From NCBI GenBank assembly GCA_030704615.1, contig JAKLZA010000335.1, positions 1-15,593 on the forward strand: a DNA stretch of 15,593 nt, written 5' to 3'. The stretch is from Takakia lepidozioides (Eukaryota; Plantae; Bryophyta). Shown piece by piece: positions 8,001 through 15,593 of the stretch (position 1 is the stretch's first letter; every line of letters begins with the position of its first letter). A program made the translations under genes and the position numbers. The notes beneath the pieces were generated by a model, which was not told where the DNA came from, searched no databases, and saw nothing but the letters and a program-made list of their open reading frames with translations.

Positions 8001-11000
8001 GGCTAAGTCCCTGGACGGCAATAGGGCCTAGAACTGGAATATGGCGCCGAATTTCCAGTTCCGGGCCAGCCACCCTAGGGACTTAGACCGAAAATGGCTA
8101 AGTCCCTGGACGGCAATAGGGCCTGGAACTGGAATATGGCGCCGAATTTCCACTTCATGGCCAGCCAGTCTAGGGACTTAGCCCGAAAATGGCTAAGTCC
8201 CTGGACGGCAATAGGGCCTGGAACTGGAAAATGGCGCCGAATTTCCAGTTCCGGGCCAGCCAGTCTAGGGACTTTGCCATTTTCGGAGCCCTGACTGGAA
8301 ATTCGGCGCCATTTTCCCTAACACCACTTAGGCCTCTAACATCCTGAATGCCAGGACTTGAAAGAAAGGCAGCGCGTATGTACCTGTACAGAAGGCGCAT
8401 TGCTGCTTTGTCCGCGTTCGGCTGGTCGGTGAACTCGTGGCTCCGGCGAGCATCTGCTATCTCCCGAAAGAATAGGTTGGTTTTGTAGAGCAGAAAGTAC
8501 CTCGTCACATAGTCACGCAGGCTCTCTGCTGCAGAGATATCTCCATCTTGAACTGATGTGCTTGTGTGTCCAGCTGCTCTTGCGCATTCGTCGTCACCTG
8601 TGGAGATTGTCCATCAGATCGCTTTCCTCAAAAAATACAATGAATCAACCCCTACTAGAGTACAAGCCCCAAACGAAGCGTGGGAAGTACCTGAAACCAC
8701 CATGTCATGCGGTTCATCCACATGTCGAATGTGGGGTCAGAGAGTTTGTCCGGTTTGGGGAAGCTCCACATGTCCCTGGTACTTTGGGAACCATTCCAGA
8801 TTTGGAGCCACCGGGTCTGTCCAACCACCCAGCATATTCGTAAGCGCCAAACACCACAAAAAGGAGTTGTTGCCACCACAATTTGGTTAAGAATGTATCA
8901 CCTTTTCTGTTGCATCCACACAGGATGTGGCTAGACGATGGAGCTTCTCCAATGTCATCGTGGGCTTCAGAGCGCGAGAGTAGTGCTTTCCCACCTCCAC
9001 CAGAAAGTCGGCACCAAGGGCGGGATCAGCTATGGCCACGTACTTTACCATCCGCGACTTGTACTTTATGCGGGCCCTCACCTCCGCAGCTTTGACATAC
9101 GATTCGAGTTCCGGGAGGGTTGGATTCTTCTCCTCTGACTCCATGTAGAACCTCCGCGCATGTGCCAAATCCTGCTGTATTTCGTCTGTCGAAAAGCAGC
9201 ACATAAGATTAGAGATCCTGCTCAACACAATTTCTTCTATTGGGGGAGGAGAGACAAATTAGCTCAACAAAACTGCAGGAGCTTTACCCGAAATATGTAG
9301 TCCACCATGGCGTCGACGCTCAGCCTATACCAGGTTCTGTCTGCCTTTGCCTCCGACTTGCGCAGGAGGTCGGCACTGAGGGAATTGGCAAACTCTTCAC
9401 CCCCTGCCTCCCGACATCCTTCACTCGGAAGAGCATATGGGACAAGTTCGTGGCAATGAAGGCATTCTCAGTCACCCTGCAGTGCCACATTTCCATCAAA
9501 CAATACTGAAATGGGAATTTTCATCATATATGAGGATTCGCAATGAAATGACTTCCAAATTCAAAGTCCAAAAGCGAGAGGGGTTGTAGCTTACGAGTTG
9601 ATGTCGGCCATTGCAGCTTTGAGAAGACTGCGATCTTTGGGCCCCGCAACCTTCAGCACAACACAATCGACGGCGAAATGCCAATCGAGATCGTTGGGGT
9701 GGGCTTGGGCAATGTGCTCCATCCATGCCAGGAGGCGATGATTGCCGTCCCACACGTAGAACATCTTACCGGACATGTGCTGGAAAAGAGGATCACTAGC
9801 AATCGATCTCTCGAACTCCTCATTTCGCGTTTGCCAATGGGGACCCCATTTGTCCACCTCATCGGAAGTGTGGGCACGGGAAGCTCCGTGGTCGTTCTCA
9901 ATGGAAACGTAAAAGGCGGCAGACCCCATTCGATATCCATCCCGGAAAGAGAATTTCAGCTTGTCGATATCGCCTGGGAGGGCAGGTCTCACCACCTGCA
10001 ATGACACCAAGCGGCAAAGGGGAATTCGAAGCTTGGCCGGGTACACCATGCCCCCCAGCACCCTGCCAATGTTGCTGTGGGTTGCCTCCAACATCTTGGC
10101 AGCGGCCAACTTCATATCCGCCTCAGACATGACGTCTGCTGCAGAGGGGTTTCCGGCAGCCCACCAAGACCGCCAAATCCAGCCTGTATGCTCCGGGTTT
10201 GGGGCCTGGGGATGTCGGGAGAATGTCATCCTGGTCAGAAACATCCATGTCGTCCTCCTCAACAGGGTCAGCCACCTGCGAAACCACCTCCAGCACTCTC
10301 GTCGTCTCTACTGCCCTCTCCCTGGCTTCACCTCGAACTTGCACAATCGGTGCTCTTTCAGTGTTCTTTCCTCTCCTCCACTCTCCACCGTATGGGTAAT
10401 TGCGGGGGCTGCACTTGCCCGCGATGGTCTAACCGGTGTGCTACTGCCTCTCTGTGGTGTCTTGTAGGGATCCACCGTCTCTGTGTGTCCCTCGCTTACA
10501 TTGGCATCTGTCATTTGGGCACCCCGGCCTCTTCAGCTGCCTTTTGTCTTTCCTCCTTGCTAGCATTCTGTCTCGTCTGTTCTTTTGCCCTCTCTTTTGC
10601 CCTCTCACGGGCTTTCTGTTTCTTACTAGGGCTAGCAACAGGGGAGCCCTCCAGGACGACCACCTTTGATTGAGGCGAACTGACACCCTCGCGCGCACTG
10701 CTCACTCCCCCCTCCGCAGCCCGTGACTGCTCTCTCGCCGGGGGGATTGCATGTGCTTAGCTTTCTTCTTTTTCTTTGCGTGGGCGGGCCCTACTGCATG
10801 TGCATGAACAACCTCCATTGCCGGATCTGCTGTCCTCATGTCCTCACGCCCTTCACCTGCCATGCCGCCTGCACCAACCTCCCCAATGCCTACTCTATCG
10901 TAATCTCGTTGCAAGTCCTCCCGTCCACCAACAAAAGATTTAAGTTTGCCCTCTCGCCCCAAGTTGGGCGATTCAAACATGCGATGAGTTGGAGCTGTCG

Positions 11001-11743
11001 ATGATACCACCAGCGTGCCGGGCTCGTCGTCACTCTGTGATTGACAAAAATCGTGAACACCAACAGTGGTGCAAAAAGCAGCAGCGCAACCACCATAGCA
11101 GCAATCATGTAGCAAAAATGAAAACATAACAAGTTTAGGAAGTATGGAGAGCCATGCAACAACAATGAAAACAAATGCAACCATTGCCTAAGAATGACAT
11201 GCACAAGCAGCCTTCTCCAGAGCTGCCGGATTTGCACACGCATTGCAAACAATCTAAGGTTCAGTCAACTATCTAAAGTTCACTCATAAAGCAAAGCCAG
11301 GATGAAGATGCAGAAACAAAGCGAGGTAACGAAGCGAAAGCAAAAAAGAAATCGAACAAACCGAAAGTAGAAGTGGCTTGCCTGAGAGTACTCGGCTTCA
11401 GTTGGCGCAGGTTGTGAGCAAGACACTGGAATCTCCTGCTGGAGCTTCAGTTTGGCCATGCGAGAGATTGGCCGTCGTCCGTAGTACAGAGCTTTCAACT
11501 TCCGCCGCGGGTCTGGATCTGAGGTCTCTCTCAGGAGAGCCACGCCCTTCAGGCGGCATAAGTCCCAGCCAAAAAGATCTCCATTTTTGGGGTACATGCC
11601 TGGAATACCATGTTAAGCCAAGTATAGCATGAGATTTAGGGTACGTGTCCAGGAAGCCATGCGTCGCCAGCCCGAATAATAAGCGACGGCCGTCGACATT
11701 TATTGCCCAACTGCGCAATTAAATGTCGGATGAAGCCCTCCAT
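5045..11743 (-). CDS. Multi-exon gene, ~1550 aa: low-complexity N-terminus, ParB/Srx-like domain, helical and basic linker, beta-class N4C/N6A DNA methyltransferase-like domain, acidic tail. Several 1-nt frameshifts in the 5' half.
   Basis: Hand-built exons: 11743-11382, 11034-9595, 9476-9288, 9185-8902, 8816-8691, 8597-8384, 7395-6270, 6181-5917, 5832-5634, 5504-5045. Introns are GT-AG, with one putative GC-AG (11381-11035). Phases match at 9594/9477, 8901/8817, 8383/7396, 6269/6182, 5916/5833 and 5633/5505. Frame breaks are needed near 9395, 9287/9186, 8535 and at several places in 10150-11720. The first exon is the least certain. Confidence 0.72.
5760..6550 (-). other. Amino-(N4C/N6A) DNA methyltransferase-fold domain, beta motif order (IV...X-I-II), split by two introns
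   Basis: CDMILLDIPDG...W...AGMLLDDGGCVVVL corresponds to motifs IV-VI (cf. DLILTDPPY...LKPGG). RSPAFIQTLMETCSDVQGRILDLTCGTG corresponds to motifs X and I (cf. KP..L..LI...S..GD.VLDPFxGSG). Removing intron 5916-5833 joins this directly to ASMWAGTLSDRHVFAFEPD (motif II-like acidic residue). Confidence 0.8.
7422..8317. repeat. Intronic tandem array: 9 x 95-bp imperfectly palindromic units with a 190-bp A/B higher-order period, plus an inverted partial unit
   Basis: Units begin AAAATGGCTA at ~7426, 7521, 7616, 7711, 7806, 7901, 7996, 8091 and 8186; each has GGCTAAGTCCCT...AGGGACTTAG arms around GGCGCC. The array lies within intron 8383-7396. Confidence 0.95.
9595..10050 (-). other. ParB/Sulfiredoxin-like N-terminal domain
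   Basis: IPLCRL...VRP...DIDKLKFSF..GY...FYV...FYVWDGNHRLLAW matches the ParB/Srx signature hhhDGxHRhxA (DGNHR at 9735-9749), with an insert between the first strand and the signature. Confidence 0.8.
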
Positions 11744-11785
11744 GTCGGAAGAAAATAGACGAAACAGTCCCGGAATTTCCCTCAC

Positions 11786-12679
11786 GCAGGTAATTCGGAA
11801 GCGCGCGGATGGAAATCCGGCGCCGAATTTCCATCCGCGCAGGTAGGGCGGTTCGCAAATTTCCTTCAAGCAGGTAATTCGGATGCGCGCGGATGGAAAT
11901 CCGGCGCCGAATTTCCATCCGCGCAGGTAATTCGATTGCGCGCGGATGGAAATCCGGCGCCGAATTTCCATCCGCGTAGGATGGCGGTGCGGTGCGCCAA
12001 ATTTCCTTCAAGCAGGTAATTCGGATGCGCGCGGATGGAATCCGGCGCCGAATTTCCATCCGCCCAGGTAATTCGGATGCGCCCGGATGGAAATCCGGCG
12101 CCGAATTTCCATCCGCGCAGGTAGGGCGGTGCGCCAAATTTCCTTCAAGCAGGTAATTCGGATGCGCGCGGATGGAAATCCGGCGCCGAATTTCCATCCG
12201 CGCAGGTAATTCGGATGCGCCCGGATGGAAATCCGGCGCCGAATTTCCATCCGCGCAGGTAGGGCGGTGCGCCAAATTTCCTTCAAGCAGGTAATTCGGA
12301 TGCGCGCGGATGGAAATCCGGCGCCGAATTTCCATCCGCGCAGGTAGGGCGGTTCGCCAAATTTCCTTCAAGCAGGTAATTCGGATGCGCGCGGATGGAA
12401 ATCGGCGCCGAATTTCCATCCGCGCAGGTATTCGGATGCGCGCGGATGGAAATCCGGCGCCGATTTCCATCCGCGCAGGTAATCGGAATGCGCGCGGATG
12501 GAAATCCGGCGCCGAATTTCCATCCGCGTAGGATGGCGGTGCGCCAAATTTCCTTCAAGCAGGTAATTCGGATGGCGCGGATGGAAATCCGGCGCCGAAT
12601 TTCCATCCGCGCAGGTAGGGCGGTTCGCCAAATTTCCTTCAAGCAGGTAATTCGGCGCCGAATTTCCATCCTGCAGGTA
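11786..12679. repeat. Intergenic tandem array: 12 full copies (plus one half copy) of a ~38-bp near-perfect palindrome GCGCGGATGGAAATCCGGCGCCGAATTTCCATCCGCGC, in ~53-bp units interleaved with a ~32-bp unit
   Basis: Directly visible; the linkers CAGGTAATTCGGATG and CAGGTAGGGCGGTGCGCCAAATTTCCTTCAAG are themselves repeated. Confidence 0.95.
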
Positions 12680-12699
12680 CGTCGGATCGGTGCCATATG

Positions 12700-13445
12700 G
12701 ATATTGGAAATTCGGCGCCGAATCTCCATCCATCCGAGATTCCACTTACCTGCTGGATGGAAATTCGGCGCCGAATCTCCATCCGGGGGATGGTCTCTGT
12801 CGGAGAGGTGCCGCCTCTCCGCCGCTCTGTTGGATATTCGGTGCCGAATTTCCGTCCGGGGGTTGAAATATGACTGCCAGGTTCCGACCTCTCCCCCCTC
12901 CCCGACTTCATTGGAACGGCCCGAATTGAAAATTTGGCGCCGTTTTCTCATCTGTGGAGGTTTTATGTCGGCCAGTTTTCGCTTGACACGCCGACAACAC
13001 TTCCTTTGGGGGGGCCCGGATGGAAATTCGGCGCCGAATGGCGTCCAGGGGATGTTCTCTGTCGCACACTGGCCGGACTCTGTGCGCCCCAGGCGACTTC
13101 ATCCGGGCGTCCCCTGTTCGATATTCGTGCCGAATTTCCGTCCGGGGGGTTGAAATTTGACAGCCAACTGCAGGCCACTCCCCCTCCCCGACTGCATCCG
13201 AATCGCCCCGGATGGAAATTCGGCGGCGCCGTTTTTCCATCTGGGGATGTTTTTATGCCGTCCAGTTTTCGGCCTGACCCCCCGACACGACTCCCTTTGG
13301 GGGGACCGGATGGAAATTCGGCGCCGAATCTCATCCAGAAGATGTATCTGTCGCACACACTCCGGCCTCTGCGCCCGAGGCGACTTCATCCGGGCTTCCT
13401 CTGTTGGATGTTGGGTGCCGAATTTCCATTCGGGGGTAGTAATGT
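12700..13445. repeat. Diverged ~288-bp tandem repeat (~2.5 copies), each with about three degenerate GGAAATTCGGCGCCGAAT cores
   Basis: GTGCCGAATTTCC(G/A)T(C/T)CGGGGG blocks near 12840, 13127 and 13415; GGATGGAAATTCGGCGCCGAAT near 12756, 13018 and 13308. Confidence 0.8.
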
Positions 13446-13729
13446 GACGGCACGGTGCCGGCTTATCCCCTTCAGCCGTCATCACCGGACGGCCCCCCAC
13501 TTTCTGACTGCATACCGTTGCAGTTATTGCGCAAAGATGAGGGCCGCATTCCGGAGACAAGGTTCATTAACACTCTGACTGTGGATTTTTGAGATAGTTG
13601 GCTCCCTGGATTTGGATCAGGCTTCGTCGCTCGGACAAATCGGCATCGCATTCATTCCCATCGCTGCACCCCCTTCTACCAGGGAGCTTCCCCGCACGCC
13701 ATCCTGGCAGTCTTGTGTGCACATCTCCC

Positions 13730-15593
13730 ATGGCGGAAAACCCGAGCGCTACAGTGTACTGCCCTTCTCACGAGCATAGAGCTTCATTTCCGTGCAGAGG
13801 GGACACTGCGGTGTGATGGATGGAGAAATATCTGTGCGTTCGATACCACCTGAAACCGGGGTCGGTTTTTTGGAGGAGGAAAGGAAGGACTCAAACGGCC
13901 TTGTTGTCGAGAGTATTGTTGTGCTCCACGATGATTTCGGCGATGGCAGGGAATGGCGAGTTCCACCATCGGACAGCGTCATATACAGGGCTGTTGGGGA
14001 CTTCATTTGCCCGCCAATGCACCGTCTATCCTGGCGCCTTCCACGAAACAATCCGCGAATCAGGAAGTGGGTACCTCAAAGAGAGAGAAGTCCGCAACGA
14101 AGTAAATCCAGAGCCGAACCCATCCATGAAGAACCGAGAACCGGGTGGGTTGTTCACAACCTGTCCGACTCAGACGAGGTCATGGAAGTCACGAGGTCGT
14201 CATGGAGATCAGGCAAGTCCTCAATGGACGTCAGTGGAGGAGGGAGTCATATTCCCAGCACGAGCACCCGCAGTTCGATCTATCTATTCTAGAAATTCTG
14301 CGAGGCTTCCACCTGAGGGACACCGGTCGGAGCTGGCCGGGCTGGACTACAGCAAGTTCGCAATTAAATCGGTTACATGCCTTCCCGCCGACGTCGACGG
14401 TAATGTCTTCTTTGAGTTCCCTCCTCGGCGGACTACTCGAGGGCATCCGGGAATGTTGACAGATCTATGGATAGAAAACATGACGGTCATCCTGGTGCGT
14501 TACCAAAACCCACCAGCATGAAGATGCTTGATGGTGTGCGGGTGCGCTACGTGTTTGTGCGGGCGCGTTGCGGTGTTTCTCCCCAACTTGCTTCCACTTT
14601 AAATCCAGAGGTCACAGGAACGAGACCGATTGGACAGGCACAGCTCACCAACCATTCGAGCTCAGGAGAGAAGGTTCCGAACTCCACATTTAAGTGTGCG
14701 CATTGCAAAGAAACACCACACTGCATGTCTGTTTGTAATGCCAAGCAGTTCTATGTGTTGCACCGTTTCCCTGACCTCACCCGAGCTTGCATACACGTTG
14801 GTTCCCATTGTCACAAATTGGCGAGGGGGAACTCGCGGGAGGCTGCCCACGAAGCAGAGCAGCTCGTTCAGGAGGAGGTTAAGTTGAGACCGGGTGCCAA
14901 ACCAAACAGATACAGCTCCAAGCCGCCCATAAGATGGCATTGGCCAGAATTATGTCGGAAGACGGTCGGATAGAGTTCCTCTCGACGAGAAGGAAATGGA
15001 GGCATTGCTCGAGTTGGTGTCCCACGTATGTTCACCGAATGTCCGAAAACACATGTCTCTTGCAAACAGAGAAAATTGGCGTGGCTCGGATATGCACTCC
15101 ATCTGGAGGTGAAGCGACGATGTGGATATGACTACATTCATGGAAGTAGGTTTCCAGGACAAGGGACTGAGGCAGATCGTTGTTTCGTTTCAAAATGTCA
15201 CGTGTGTGGACCTGGCAGTGGCGTCGAAACTGGTCGACAGGATGACGAGTGGGAACTTGTCAAACAGTTGGGTCATGTTCGACATATCAAGCGAATTACA
15301 AATCACCAGTGGGTGACAATGGGTGCACATGTCTACGACACCAACTGCAGGATGCTAATGACAATTGCTATTGTGTGAGATGAAAGGAGAGGACACACAA
15401 ATCGGAGATGCTTCTTTGGCAGGGAATAAAACGAACAGATGGCCAAGGCGGGATTGCCCCCCTCCCAATTTCCGTGGTTTCATGGCGGACCACCGCACAA
15501 GCAAATGGGGCTGCCATCCGAAGGGTGTACGGGCAAGACCCCAATGTCCCATGGAAGGCAAGGAGAGATCTTGTGGGTCCACTTTCTGCAGAG
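13730..15593 (+). CDS. MULE/Mutator-like DDE transposase, copy B, with GCM-like Zn domain; heavily frameshifted in this sequence and running off the window
   Basis: ATG at 13730 (MAENPSATVYCP aligns with copy A MAPNSYAIVCCP). The stitched frames give a Zn domain (CAHC..CMSVC..HVGSHCH), then WVMFD (15269-15283, first Asp), NFRGFMAD (~15467-15490, second Asp) and ERSCG(F)H (CxxH, 15572-15582, needs one base added). D-D-CxxH is the Mutator-superfamily signature. Confidence 0.8.

Larger units (their letters stand above)
4810..15593. mobile_element. Large MULE-like DNA transposon (>10.7 kb, right end outside the window) carrying a ParB-MTase gene, palindromic arrays and a divergent transposase
   Basis: Abrupt switch from gag to GGGGCTGCTATTTCATGAG plus short repeats; contains a D..D..CxxH transposase; retroelement sequence does not resume. 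That both genes belong to one element is inferred, since the second terminus is not visible. Confidence 0.7.

Noticed and set aside
7429-8294. Repeated ~60-aa ORFs (MAKSLDG..., MAGPELE...)
   Set aside because: Artefacts of the 95/190-bp array, which lies inside a phase-compatible intron.
5045-11743. Bacterial or phage contamination, or a restriction-modification / parABS operon
   Set aside because: Spliceosomal introns interrupt the MTase domain itself; no ParA or restriction endonuclease is present; the gene is embedded in plant-type transposons.
11786-12679. CRISPR array (palindromic ~38-bp repeats with intervening sequence)
   Set aside because: The intervening sequences are two repeated linkers, not unique spacers; there are no cas genes; the context is eukaryotic and intron-containing.
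11636-13578. Long ORFs with MEIRRRISIR / GWKFGAGF repeats on both strands
   Set aside because: By-products of GC-rich palindromic repeats; they read the same on both strands and the frame is not preserved between units.

Overview
This is eukaryotic DNA with spliceosomal introns, most likely from a non-seed land plant (inferred, not proven). It consists of three nested mobile elements. (1) 60-1464: the 5' part of a Mutator/MULE-like transposase with a GCM-like Zn domain, cut off at 1464. (2) 1465-4809: the 5' part of a Ty3/gypsy-type LTR retrotransposon, with a ~2.2 kb putative LTR, tRNA-iMet PBS, an extra 103-aa ORF and a gag with a CCHC knuckle, itself interrupted just after the knuckle. (3) 4810 to beyond 15593: a large (>10.7 kb) second MULE-like element. 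Element 3 has a repeat-rich end, a ~10-exon minus-strand gene predicted to encode a ~1550-aa protein joining a ParB/Srx-like domain (DGNHR) to a beta-class N4C/N6A DNA methyltransferase-fold domain (motif IV variant DIPD; motif I ILDLTCGTG), and a divergently oriented transposase. Two otherwise different palindromic tandem arrays share the core GGCGCCGAATTTCC: one fills an intron of the ParB-MTase gene and one lies between the two genes. Best candidate for a new system: a DNA transposon encoding a ParB-MTase fusion plus parS-like palindromic cis arrays, possibly for self-marking or anti-silencing. Many 1-nt frameshifts at short homopolymers suggest long-read errors, but decay cannot be excluded. 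All alignments and counts were done by eye.
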